Shown here one piece after another: positions 1 through 9,957 of a stretch of 64,000 nucleotides of DNA. The notes beneath the pieces were generated by a model. It was given only the letters and a program-made list of their open reading frames with translations, had not been told where the DNA came from and made no database searches. The translations under genes were made by a program, and so were the position numbers. The DNA is from Candidatus Eiseniibacteriota bacterium (GTDB taxonomy: Bacteria; Eisenbacteria; RBG-16-71-46), in assembly GCA_963707915.1 (NCBI GenBank), contig OY970178.1, forward strand, positions 3,559,635 to 3,623,634, given 5' to 3'. The stretch's first letter is position 1. The number at the start of each line of letters is the position of its first letter.

Positions 1-214
1 CGAGCTGTGGGACAAGCTCTCCGCGGGCGGGGCGCCGAACCAGTGCGGCTGGCTGCAGGACAGGTTCGGACTGTCGTGGCAGATCGTCCCCACGGTCCTG
101 GGCAGGCTGATGCAGGACCAGGACCCGGAGAAGTCGCAGCGGGTCATGAAGGCGATGCTCCAGATGCGCAAGCTCGACGTCGCCGGCCTGCAGCGGGCCT
201 ACGAGCAGGAGTAG
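1..214 (+). CDS. VOC/PhnB-like protein (3-demethylubiquinone-9 3-methyltransferase family), 5'-truncated by window edge
   Basis: Manual translation from nt 2 gives ELWDKLSAGGAPNQCGWLQDRFGLSWQIVP...MLQMRKLDVAGLQRAYEQE*. CGWLxDxFGxSWQI is the family motif. Not in the ORF track. Confidence 0.85.
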   Translation, partial: ELWDKLSAGGAPNQCGWLQDRFGLSWQIVPTVLGRLMQDQDPEKSQRVMKAMLQMRKLDVAGLQRAYEQE

Positions 215-227
215 ACCGCCCCCCCGC

Positions 228-1430
228 CTACCCCACCAGCGCGGCGTGCAGCGCGCGCGCGGCGTCCTCCACGCGCCCGTTGGGCACGCGGAAGACGAGC
301 GCGGTGGGGGAAACGCGGAGCGCCGCGATCGGCACGCCGGCGCGCTCGAGCGCGACCTCGGCCCGTGCGGCCTCCCGCGCCCCCAACCCCAGGCCCACCA
401 CCGACACGAACGCCGCGCCGTGCTCGACCCGCAGCACCCATTTCTCGTTCGGCCCGCGCAGGGCGGCGTGGAACTCCCTTTCCAGTGCCTCGACGTCTTC
501 GCGCGAACCGGTCCAGGTCAGCGCGTGGTGCCCACCGGCCGCCGTTTCGTGGGACACCAGCTCCAGCTCGGGGTGCGCGTCCGCGACCGCCTCGAGCAGG
601 CCGCGCGCCTCGCCGTGTCCGCCCACGCCGCCCTCGGCGACGGCGATCGAACAATCGCCGCGGTGCGCCACCGCCTCCACCCGGGGTCCTTCCATGTCGA
701 ACTCTCCGATCTCGGTGCCGGGCGACTCGTCGAACGACGAGCGCACCACGAGTGGCACGCGCTCGCGCGCCGCCAGGTCCACGCAGCGCGCGTGCAGGAC
801 CCGGCCGCCCAGGTGGGCCAGCGTCGAGCACACGCGGTAGTCGAGTCTCGGGATCACGCGCGCGCCGGGCACGGCGCGCGGGTCCGCGCGGTAGACGCCG
901 GCGACGTCGGTGAAGATCTCGCAGCGCGCCCGGCCGAAGGCCGCGGCCAGCGCCGCGGCGGTGGTGTCCGAGCCGCCGCGCCCCAGCGTGGTGATCTCCT
1001 TCGTCTGGGGATTCACGCCCTGGAAGCCGGCGACGATGACGACCTTGCCCTGCTCGAGCTCGCGGCGCAGCCGCTCGGGACGAACGTCGGTGATGCGTGC
1101 CGCCCCGTGCCCGGCGTCGGTGAGGATGCCGCTCTGCGAACCGGTGAAGGAGATGGCCGGCACGCCCAGGTCCCCGAGCGCCATGGCGAGCAGGGCCATG
1201 CTGACGCGCTCGCCGGTGGTGAGGAGCATGTCCAGCTCGCGCCGGTTGGGGCTGGCGGAGACCTCGTGCGCGAGCCGCAGCAGCTCGTCGGTGGTCTGGC
1301 CCATGGCCGAGACGACCACGAGCACGTCGTTGCCCGCCGCGCGGGCCTCGGCGACGCGCCGGGCCACCGCGCGGATGCGCTCGGGGCCCTCGACCGATGT
1401 GCCACCGTACTTCTGGACCAGGACGGCCAT
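228..1430 (-). CDS. lysC: Aspartate kinase
   Basis: N-terminus [13 protein letters not shown]; motifs [38 protein letters not shown]-terminal ACT-like region. Confidence 0.93.
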   Translation of the reverse strand: MAVLVQKYGGTSVEGPERIRAVARRVAEARAAGNDVLVVVSAMGQTTDELLRLAHEVSASPNRRELDMLLTTGERVSMALLAMALGDLGVPAISFTGSQSGILTDAGHGAARITDVRPERLRRELEQGKVVIVAGFQGVNPQTKEITTLGRGGSDTTAAALAAAFGRARCEIFTDVAGVYRADPRAVPGARVIPRLDYRVCSTLAHLGGRVLHARCVDLAARERVPLVVRSSFDESPGTEIGEFDMEGPRVEAVAHRGDCSIAVAEGGVGGHGEARGLLEAVADAHPELELVSHETAAGGHHALTWTGSREDVEALEREFHAALRGPNEKWVLRVEHGAAFVSVVGLGLGAREAARAEVALERAGVPIAALRVSPTALVFRVPNGRVEDAARALHAALVG

Positions 1431-1437
1431 GGGGGGA

Positions 1438-1466
1438 GTTATAAGCGTTCGCGAGCCGGAGTGCAT
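1438..1466 (-). promoter_or_regulatory. Putative sigma70 promoter of lysC (probably leaderless)
   Basis: Minus strand ATGCAC-17nt-TATAAC, with the -10 ending 7 nt before the ATG; no SD. Confidence 0.45.
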
Positions 1467-1526
1467 CTCGGGGCGCGCAGTGCAGGGCGCAGCGATGGCC
1501 AGCGAGCCATCGGGATCCTCGACGCG

Positions 1527-1591
1527 GGGCCCGGGCGTGAGGGTGGGCAAGCGCACGGTGCCTCCGATTGCCCACCCTCACGCCCGGGCCC
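1527..1591. repeat. Perfect 24-bp inverted repeat with 17-nt loop
   Basis: GGGCCCGGGCGTGAGGGTGGGCAA (1527-1550) and its exact reverse complement TTGCCCACCCTCACGCCCGGGCCC (1568-1591). Confidence 0.9.
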
Positions 1592-1689
1592 GGCAGCCCG
1601 CGGGTTGCGCCCGCGGCCCCCCATCGCAGGTCCGGTCCCCGCGATCCTCGATCGCCCGAACCCCGCGTCCCGTGCGTGGCCGCCCCGCC

Positions 1690-1719
1690 TTGACGTTGCC
1701 GCGCCCGGCTGGCTAGAAT
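1690..1719 (+). promoter_or_regulatory. Sigma70 promoter of tRNA-Gly/folE
   Basis: TTGACG (1690-1695), 18-nt spacer, TAGAAT (1714-1719), just upstream of the tRNA. Confidence 0.7.
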
Positions 1720-1742
1720 GCTCCGCTCTTGAACGTCTTCGA

Positions 1743-1819
1743 GCGGAAGTAGCTCAGCCCGGTAGAGCGCCACCTTGCCAAGGTGGATGTCGCGGGTTCG
1801 AATCCCGTCTTCCGCTCCA
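1743..1819 (+). tRNA. tRNA-Gly (anticodon GCC)
   Basis: GCGGAAG acceptor stem pairing with CTTCCGC; D-arm AGCTCAG..GGTAGAGC; anticodon arm CCACC-TTGCCAA-GGTGG; T-loop GGTTCGAATCC; encoded CCA. Confidence 0.97.
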
Positions 1820-1936
1820 TTCTCGTCGCGGGGCCAGCCGAGGCTCCGGTCTCTGGGCGCGAGCCCCCGTGTCCGACCGCGGGGCGCGCACCGGGGCCTG
1901 GCTCGGCGGGCCCCGTGGCTCTTCCGGGAGTCTCCC

Positions 1937-2623
1937 ATGGCCCCCCGCCGCACGACGAAGCCGGCCGCCAGGCGGCCGAAGCCCGCGGTCGCCCGCCCGG
2001 CCCCGGAGCCGAAGGCCGTGCAGCGGGCGGTCGCGCAGCTCATCCGCGCGCTGGGTCTGGACCCGGCCACCGAGCCCGAGCTGCTGGCCACCCCGGAGCG
2101 CGTCGCCGGCCTCTACGCCGAGATCTTCGCGGGGCTCCTCCCGGGCGCCGAGCCCCGCCCCGCGACCTTCTCCGCCACGGGCGCGGGCCGCCGAACGGGG
2201 AAGCGCGGGGAGGACCTGGTCATCGTGCGTGACCTGCCCTTCTACTCGCTGTGCGTGCACCACTTCGTGCCCTTCTTCGGCCACGCGCACGTCGCCTACC
2301 TGCCCGGGAAGCGCCTGATCGGGCTCTCGGGGGTCGCGCGCATCCTCGAGTTCTACGCGCGCCGGCCGCAGCTGCAGGAGCGCCTCACCGCCCAGGTCGC
2401 GGACCACCTCGTCCGGCTGCTCGAGCCCCGCGGTGTGGTGGTCGTCCTCGAGGCCCGGCACCTGTGCATGGAGATGCGCGGCGTGCGCAAGACCGGCTGC
2501 TTCGAGACGCGCGCCCTGCGCGGCGAGCTGGCGCAGCCCGAGTGGTCGGGCGTGTTCGCGGCGGAACGAGCGAAGCGGCGCCCCGGCGCGGGGGCGCGCC
2601 TGCGGCGCGGGGCCGCGCGGTGA
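1937..2623 (+). CDS. folE: GTP cyclohydrolase I
   Basis: TPERVA, SLCVHHFVPFFG, RRPQLQERLT, HLCMEMRG (Zn ligands Cys/His/Cys); GGGAG SD upstream of ATG 1937. Confidence 0.92.
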   Translation: MAPRRTTKPAARRPKPAVARPAPEPKAVQRAVAQLIRALGLDPATEPELLATPERVAGLYAEIFAGLLPGAEPRPATFSATGAGRRTGKRGEDLVIVRDLPFYSLCVHHFVPFFGHAHVAYLPGKRLIGLSGVARILEFYARRPQLQERLTAQVADHLVRLLEPRGVVVVLEARHLCMEMRGVRKTGCFETRALRGELAQPEWSGVFAAERAKRRPGAGARLRRGAAR

Positions 2624-3342
2624 GCGGTGCGGGCGTCGACTTCCACGGCATCTACCAGCGCCACGCCGACGAATACGACGAGCTGGTCGCCGCCGAGGAC
2701 TGTGACGGCCACCTGCTTCCCGCGCTCCAGTCGATCGTGCCGCTGGCCGGGGCCGCCGTCCTCGAGGTAGGTGCCGGCACCGGGCGCGTGACCCGGCTCC
2801 TGCTCGAGGCCGGGGCGCAGGTCGTGGCGAGCGAGCCCGCGCCGGCCATGCTGGCGGTGGCCCGGCGTCATACCGCCGGGCATCCGGCCGCACGCTGCGC
2901 GCTGCTCGGCGCGGATGCGCTGGCGTTGCCGGTGCGGGCGGGCTGGGCGGACGCGGCGATCGCCGGGTGGGCCCTCGGGCACCTGCGCTCGTGGCGTGCG
3001 GACGCCTGGCGCGAGGCCATCGCGCGGGCTCTCGCGGAGATGGACCACGCGCTGCGTCCCGGGGGTGCGCTCATCGTGATCGAGACGCTGGGCACCGGGG
3101 CGGAGCGGCCCGGCCCGCCGGGCCCCGAGCTGGCGGAGTACTATGCCTGGCTCGAGGGCGAACAGGGGATGGAGCGCCTGGCCCTCCGCACCGACTACCG
3201 CTTCGCCGACCCGGAGACGGCGGCGCGGGCGACGGGGTTCTTCTTCGGCGCGGAGTTCGCGGCGCGCGTGCGGCGCGAGGGCTGGTCGCGCATCCCCGAG
3301 TGCACCGGACTGTGGTGGCGGCGCAAGGCCGGCGGCGATTGA
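2620..3342 (+). CDS. Class I SAM-dependent methyltransferase
   Basis: VLEVGAGTGR motif I; LRPGGALIVIE; GTG start overlaps the folE stop (GTGA). Confidence 0.85.
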   Translation: MSGAGVDFHGIYQRHADEYDELVAAEDCDGHLLPALQSIVPLAGAAVLEVGAGTGRVTRLLLEAGAQVVASEPAPAMLAVARRHTAGHPAARCALLGADALALPVRAGWADAAIAGWALGHLRSWRADAWREAIARALAEMDHALRPGGALIVIETLGTGAERPGPPGPELAEYYAWLEGEQGMERLALRTDYRFADPETAARATGFFFGAEFAARVRREGWSRIPECTGLWWRRKAGGD

Positions 3343-3376
3343 AGCGGACGACGGACCCACACCGGGAGAACACTCC

Positions 3377-4381
3377 ATGACGCTGGCTGTCCGTCCGCTC
3401 GGAGCGAGCGGGATGCGCATCACCGCCGTCGGCCTCGGCGCCTGGGCCATCGGCGGCGGGGGATGGGCCTACGGCTGGGGGCCGCAGGACGACGACGCTT
3501 CGCTCGCCACCATGAGGCACGCGCTCGAGCGGGGCATCAACTGGATCGACACCGCCGCGATCTACGGGCTCGGGCACTCGGAAGAGGTCGTGGGCCGCTT
3601 CCTGCGCGGGTTGCCGCCGGCCGAGCGGCCGCTGGTCTTCACCAAGTGCGGGCTGGCGTGGGACCCGCGGGACCCGATGGCGGAGCCCAGGCGCACGCTG
3701 GAGCCCGCGTCCATCCGTGCCGAGTGCGAGGCGTCCCTGCGCCGGCTCGGGGTCGAGCGCATCGACCTGTACCAGTTCCACTGGCCCGACGACACCGGCA
3801 CGGCGGTCGAGGACTCCTGGGCCGAGATGCTGAGGCTGGTCGACCAGGGCAAGGTGCGCTCGCCGGCCGTCTGCAACTTCGACCTGGCGCTGCTCGGCCG
3901 CTGCGAGGCCCTGCGGCACGTGGACTCGCTGCAGCCGGGGTTCTCGATGATCCGCCGCAACGTGGCCGCGCGGGAGATCCCCTGGTGCGCCCGGCACCAG
4001 ACCGGGGTGATCGTCTACAGCCCGATGCACTCGGGGTTGCTGACGGAGGGCTTCGACGCGAAGCGCGTCGCCGCGATGGCGGACGACGACTGGCGCCGGC
4101 GCGCGCCCGACTTCCGTCCACCCAAGCTGGAGCGCAACCTCGCGCTGCGGGACGCGCTGCGGCCGGTCGCGGTGCGCTACGAGACCACGGTCGCCGCCGT
4201 GGCCGTGGCGTGGACCCTCGCCTGGCCGGGCGTGAGCGGCGCCATCGTCGGTGCGCGCGCGCCGGAGCAGGTCGACGGCTGGCTGCGGGCGGCGAGCCTC
4301 GATCTGACGGTGGGCGACCTCGACGAGATCGCCGCGGCCATCTCCGCGACCGGCGCGGGCTCGGGGCCGGTGCGGCCCTGA
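3377..4381 (+). CDS. Aldo/keto reductase
   Basis: GLGAWAIGG, WIDTAAIYG, TKCG, IDLYQFHWPD, YSPM.SGLL. Confidence 0.92.
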   Translation: MTLAVRPLGASGMRITAVGLGAWAIGGGGWAYGWGPQDDDASLATMRHALERGINWIDTAAIYGLGHSEEVVGRFLRGLPPAERPLVFTKCGLAWDPRDPMAEPRRTLEPASIRAECEASLRRLGVERIDLYQFHWPDDTGTAVEDSWAEMLRLVDQGKVRSPAVCNFDLALLGRCEALRHVDSLQPGFSMIRRNVAAREIPWCARHQTGVIVYSPMHSGLLTEGFDAKRVAAMADDDWRRRAPDFRPPKLERNLALRDALRPVAVRYETTVAAVAVAWTLAWPGVSGAIVGARAPEQVDGWLRAASLDLTVGDLDEIAAAISATGAGSGPVRP

Positions 4382-4456
4382 GCGGGAACGCGGCGCCGGC
4401 GACCGGGAACGCGTGATCGCGCCGCATCGGGGGCGGCCCCGCCGGGGCCGCCTCGC

Positions 4457-5227
4457 TCATTCGGGCGGCAGCGAGACTCCCGGCGGCAGCTTCATGCCCA
4501 GGTGCTGGCCGCCGTCGAGCACGATCATCTGCCCGGTGAGGGCGGGCGCCGCCAGGATGAACCGCACCGCGTCGCAGATCTCCGCGGGGTTCGTGCCGCG
4601 CTTGAGCGGCGTCATCTCGCACTGGCGGGCGAAATCGGCCTCGGTCTGGCGCGGGCTCTTGAGCGCCGGGCCCGGGCCGATGGCGTTCACGCGGATCCGC
4701 GGGGCCAGCGCCAGCGCCAGCGAGCGGGTCAGCGTCCACAGCCCGGTCTTGCTCACCGTGTACGAGACGAAGTAGGGCGTCAGGTTCCAGACCCGCTGGT
4801 CGAGCAGGTTGATGACGTTGCCCGCCGCGCCCTCGGGCAACTGGCGCGCGAACGCCTGGGTGAGCAGGAACGGCGCGCGCAGGTTGGTCTCGAGGTGCGC
4901 GTCCCACGAGGCGCGAGTGACGGTGTCGGCCAGGTCCAGCTCGAAGGTCGAGGCGTTGTTGACCAGGCAGGTGAGCGGCCCGAGGGCCGCGGCGGCCCGC
5001 GGCACCAGCGTCTCGGTCTCCGCTTCGTGGGATAGGTCGGCCCGGACCAGCGCCGCGCGGCCGCCGCCCTGCTCGACCAGGCCGACGACCTCGCGCGCCT
5101 CCGCCTCGGAACGGCTGCAATGCACGGCCACGGACCAGCCGTGGCGGGCGAGGTCCAGCGCGATGGCGCGGCCGATGCGCCGCGCCGCGCCGGTGACGAG
5201 CGCGGTCTTCAGGGGCTCGGGACTCAT
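4457..5227 (-). CDS. SDR oxidoreductase, pteridine reductase (FolM/PTR1)-like
   Basis: TGAARRIG cofactor motif typical of pteridine reductases; LVNNAS; YTVSK (YxxxK); DGG. Confidence 0.85.
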   Translation of the reverse strand: MSPEPLKTALVTGAARRIGRAIALDLARHGWSVAVHCSRSEAEAREVVGLVEQGGGRAALVRADLSHEAETETLVPRAAAALGPLTCLVNNASTFELDLADTVTRASWDAHLETNLRAPFLLTQAFARQLPEGAAGNVINLLDQRVWNLTPYFVSYTVSKTGLWTLTRSLALALAPRIRVNAIGPGPALKSPRQTEADFARQCEMTPLKRGTNPAEICDAVRFILAAPALTGQMIVLDGGQHLGMKLPPGVSLPPE

Positions 5228-5335
5228 GCCCGGCCATGATGCGGGAGGACGCCGGGTGGTTCAAGCGCAGCTTTCCGGTGACCTCGCCGGCCGCTTCGGC
5301 GATACTCGCGGCCGACCCCAGCCCCGGAGGAGCCC

Positions 5336-6991
5336 ATGGCCCGAGCCGCGAAGCCATCACCCGGTGCGCCGTTCACGAACTACCGCCTCTACCGCGCGCG
5401 CGAGGTGCCGCGCACCTATCTCGTGGTCTCGACCTACTTCGACCACGAGCGCCGCCCCGAGGTGCCCGACCCGGAGGCCTTCGAGGAACGGGGCGCGATG
5501 CAGGCGCTGCTCGCCGACCTGGCGGCCGCGCGGCGGCCGCGCCGGGGCGGGCCGGCCGCGGCGCCGGCACCGCTCGGCCGGGCGCCGGTGACGCTGCGCA
5601 CCCACGGTTTCAACGCCCGGCTCCGCGACTTCGCGCGCGATCTGCTGGGCGAGGCGACCGCCCCGTCCCGGGAGACCCTGCGCCCGGGGGGCCGCGTGTC
5701 GATCGGCTACCGCTGGCCCAGCGAGGGCGTGTTTTCGGCGGGGTCGCTGCGCGACACCGCACAGGCGCTGTTCTTCACCGCGGCGGTGAGCGTGCTGCTG
5801 CTGCTCCTGCCCCTGCTGGCGCTCTCGCCGACCGGGCGCGACGCGCTGGCGGGCGGCGCGGCCTGGACCCGGGCCTGGGTGCTGCGGGCGCTGTTCTGGC
5901 CCTACGCCTCGCGCGTGCTCGCCGCGGCGCTGCTCGGCGCGGGCGCCCTGCTGCTCCTGCTGCGGCTCTCCACCTACCTGCGGGACCGCACCCGCGCGCT
6001 CCAGCACGGGGTGCCCGACCTGTGCGAATTCGTGCGCGACCTGGAGATCGGGCTCGAGGCCACCGGCACGCGGGTGGCGCTCGACCTGGTAGGCCACAGC
6101 ATGGGCTGCCTGGCCCTGGTCAACGCGGTGCGGGTGATGACCGAGTTCTTCCACCGGCCCGGCGCGGAGAGCCGCTTCCTCGGCTACGGTCGCGCCATCC
6201 GGCTGCGCACCCTGGTGCTCGCCGGGCCCGACATCCCGGCCGCGCTCGCGAGCCCCGAACGCAACAACTACTTCCTCGCCTCGCTGCGGCGCTTCGCGGC
6301 GGTGCACGTGCTCTCGAGCGACCGCGACATCGTGCTCAAGTGGGCATCGACCCTGGTCAACTGGGCGAGCGAGCCGCGCCACGACATGGCGGGCCGCCAC
6401 CTCGGCAACGTCTTTCTCGCCCGAGCGGGGAGCGTGCCGCAGGCGACCCCTCCCGCGCCGCGCGTCGGGCCCTTCCTGCCGGCCCTGCGCCCCCAGGTGC
6501 GCGCCTTCCCGGTGCTCGACCCGGTCGCGCCGCGGACCGGCCAGAGCCTGCTGGCCTGGGTCCACTTCCACGACTGCAGCGTGTGCCCCGGCCTCGCGGG
6601 TGGCGGCGGCCGGCCCGTGGTGCTGAGCGCCGGCGCGCTCGCCGCGGCCGCGGCGCTGCACCTCTGGCTGGGCCTCGACGCGACGCGCTGGGCGCTGGCG
6701 TGGGCCACGGTGCTCTTCGGCCTGGGCGCGCTGGCGCGGGGCGTGGCCGGCTGGCGTGACCGGTGGCGCCTCGGGCCGTTCCTCGGCGCGCTGGCCGACT
6801 GGCCCTCGATCGTCGGCTTCGGCCCGCGCTCGAACCCGCACGGGGGCTACTTCGTGCCCGGCAGCGAGCCGCGCCGCCTGATCGCGCTCATCCTGGCGCG
6901 GCCCGCGCGGCCGCCTGCGGCGGGGGAGATGCCCAAGCTGGTGCGCGCGGGTGCGCGGATCCGCACCAGCGCGGTGGCGCTGGAAGTGTGA
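5336..6991 (+). CDS. Alpha/beta hydrolase (DUF900-like) with inserted transmembrane segments
   Basis: HGFN, GYRWPS, GHSMG nucleophile elbow, SSDRD, HGGYF; two hydrophobic hairpin insertions; GGAGGA SD. Confidence 0.7.
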   Translation: MARAAKPSPGAPFTNYRLYRAREVPRTYLVVSTYFDHERRPEVPDPEAFEERGAMQALLADLAAARRPRRGGPAAAPAPLGRAPVTLRTHGFNARLRDFARDLLGEATAPSRETLRPGGRVSIGYRWPSEGVFSAGSLRDTAQALFFTAAVSVLLLLLPLLALSPTGRDALAGGAAWTRAWVLRALFWPYASRVLAAALLGAGALLLLLRLSTYLRDRTRALQHGVPDLCEFVRDLEIGLEATGTRVALDLVGHSMGCLALVNAVRVMTEFFHRPGAESRFLGYGRAIRLRTLVLAGPDIPAALASPERNNYFLASLRRFAAVHVLSSDRDIVLKWASTLVNWASEPRHDMAGRHLGNVFLARAGSVPQATPPAPRVGPFLPALRPQVRAFPVLDPVAPRTGQSLLAWVHFHDCSVCPGLAGGGGRPVVLSAGALAAAAALHLWLGLDATRWALAWATVLFGLGALARGVAGWRDRWRLGPFLGALADWPSIVGFGPRSNPHGGYFVPGSEPRRLIALILARPARPPAAGEMPKLVRAGARIRTSAVALEV

Positions 6992-7096
6992 GATCCGCCC
7001 GCGGACCCGGGGCGCCGGGGCCGCGGCCCGGGCGCCGGCCGGAAAGCGCGGGCCCCCGCACGCCGCGGCGCACGGGGGCCCGACCATCCGGCGGGG

Positions 7097-7971
<875 letters not shown>

Positions 7972-7972
<1 letters not shown>

Positions 7973-8427
7973 CACTTGACCCTCCGTACGGTGAGCGTGA
8001 CGCCATCGATGCCTTCGACCACCACCTCGGCCCCGGTCTCGAGCGCTCCCGGCTCGTCGGGCGCGGGGCGCGCGCGCCAGACCTCGCCGCGCAGGCTCAC
8101 CTGCCCGGGCTGGTGGGCGGAGAGCGCCTGCGTGACCAGCGCGCGCTCGCCGATCAACGCGTCGGTGTTGCTGTGCAGGCCGGGGCGCTTGAGCCGGGCG
8201 CGCACCCAGCGGCGGCCGGCCACGATGTAGAGCACGCACAGCGCGCTCGCGGTCACGAACCCCGCCACGGCGTTGCCGGTCAGCAGGCCGAGCGCGCCGC
8301 CCAGCACGAACGAAGAGCCGATCAGGACGAGGTCGAAGCCGGCGAAGCCGCCGAGCGCGGCCTCGACCAGCACCATCACCGCGCCCATCACCACGAGCAC
8401 CCAGTTCCAGTCCAGGTTCAGCGCCAT
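7972..8427 (-). CDS. NfeD family protein (short form)
   Basis: Three TM segments followed by an OB-fold with [12 protein letters not shown] and [11 protein letters not shown]; coupled to the SPFH gene. Confidence 0.9.
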
Positions 8428-8440
8428 CGTTCCCTCCGCG

Positions 8441-9835
8441 TCAGCGTGTCCGCGCGGCGCCCCGCAGGCGCGCCGTCTCGGCGTCGAGGTCGAGCCCCAG
8501 CAGCCCGGCGATCAGCCGGGCAACGTCGGTGTTCTCGTGCAGGCCGCGGAAGCGCTCGCTGCCGGGGCCGGAGGCGTAGAGGCCCACGTCCACGCCGGTG
8601 TGGCCGCCGGTGCTCCAGCCGACCCGCGCGCGCCGGCTCTCGATCTCGCTCAGCGCTCGCAGCAACCCGTGGCGGCGCAGCGTGTCGGGCGCGGCGGCGG
8701 CGGCGAGCAGCGCCTCCCGCTCGTCGTCCGCGAGCGGGCTCACGCCCGTGCCGCGCTCCGCGACGGCGACCGGATCGCCCCCCTCCAGGATGTCGCCGGA
8801 CATCCGCCAGACCGAGGCGCGGGCGGCCAGCAGCGACTCGGGGTGCATCACGTACGGGCTGGCGCGTCCGACGCGGCGGCCGAGCCCGAGCCCGCCGGTC
8901 TCGTGATCGGTCACCGACAGGACCAGCGTGCGCCCGTCGCGGCGGGCGAACTCGAGCGCGAGGCCGACGGCCCGGTCGTAGGCCAGCACCTCGCGGGCCA
9001 CCCCCGCCGGGTCGTCGTCGTGGCCGGCGTCGTCGATGCGGCCGCCCTCGACCAGCAGGAAGAAGCCGCCCGGCGAGGGCTGCAGCAGTTCGAGCGCCTT
9101 CGCGGTCATCTGGGCGAGCGAGGGCTCCCGCAACGTGTCGCGGTCGATCTCGAGGGCGATCTGGTCCAGGCCGATGCCGAAGAGACCGAGCAGGGGCAGG
9201 CGGCGGGCCGCCGCCAGCTCAGCCGGGGTGGTGACCACGGTGCCGCCGCGCGCGCGCTGCTCCGCCAGCAGGTCGCGGCCGTCGTGGCGCCGTCCGCCGG
9301 CGCCCTCCGGGCGCCAGCGCGACGCATCGCCGCCGAGCAGCACGTCCACGTGGTGCCCGAGCATCGCCACGGCGATCGAGTCCTGCAACGTGCGCTGGGC
9401 GACGTGCGCGACGAAGGCCGCGGGCGTGGCATCGGTCAGGTCGGCGGTGGTGACCAGCCCGGTCGCGAGGCCGCGGGTCGCCGCGGCCTCGACCAGCGTG
9501 CCCAGGGGCCGCGCGTCGGGGTCCACGCCGAGCATCCGGTTGCGGGTCTTCACGCCGGTGGCGAAGGCCGTGCCGGCCGCGGCCGAGTCGGTGACGTCGG
9601 AGTCGGCCGAGTAGGTCTGGACCGCGCCCACCAGCACGCTGTCGAGCGCGAGCGGACGTCCCGCCGCGCGGCGGGCGAGCGTGATCGCCGCCGGACCGGC
9701 GCCATCGGAGATCATCAGGATGACGTTGCGCGGCCGCGCGGTCCCGTCGGCGGGAACGGCCGCGCCGCACGCCGCGGTGGCTTCCAGCACCACCGCGAGC
9801 AGGACGAGCGGGACGAGCCGCCGGGTCGGGATCAT
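8441..9835 (-). CDS. Alkaline phosphatase (PhoA family), exported
   Basis: Signal peptide; NVILMISDG, VTDSAAAGTA (catalytic Ser), TDATPAAF, VEGGRIDDAGH, TDHETGG, GHTGVDV. Confidence 0.92.
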   Translation of the reverse strand: MIPTRRLVPLVLLAVVLEATAACGAAVPADGTARPRNVILMISDGAGPAAITLARRAAGRPLALDSVLVGAVQTYSADSDVTDSAAAGTAFATGVKTRNRMLGVDPDARPLGTLVEAAATRGLATGLVTTADLTDATPAAFVAHVAQRTLQDSIAVAMLGHHVDVLLGGDASRWRPEGAGGRRHDGRDLLAEQRARGGTVVTTPAELAAARRLPLLGLFGIGLDQIALEIDRDTLREPSLAQMTAKALELLQPSPGGFFLLVEGGRIDDAGHDDDPAGVAREVLAYDRAVGLALEFARRDGRTLVLSVTDHETGGLGLGRRVGRASPYVMHPESLLAARASVWRMSGDILEGGDPVAVAERGTGVSPLADDEREALLAAAAAPDTLRRHGLLRALSEIESRRARVGWSTGGHTGVDVGLYASGPGSERFRGLHENTDVARLIAGLLGLDLDAETARLRGAARTR

Positions 9836-9957
9836 CGCGCGGCAGCATACCTGCTCCGCGCGGCGCCGAAAACCCGGGCCGGCGCGCCCGGCCCGCCGGC
9901 GGGCGCCGTGCGGGACCGGGGTCCGGCTGTCGCCGCCCCGGGCGGTGGGGACGCCGG

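Noticed and set aside
1431..1742. Lysine riboswitch upstream of lysC
   Set aside because: No recognisable AGAGG..../kink-turn consensus, and the -10 box adjacent to the ATG leaves no leader.
1743..1819. tRNA-Gly as an integration site for a genomic island
   Set aside because: No integrase and no duplicated tRNA 3' end was noticed in the window; the downstream gene is housekeeping folE.
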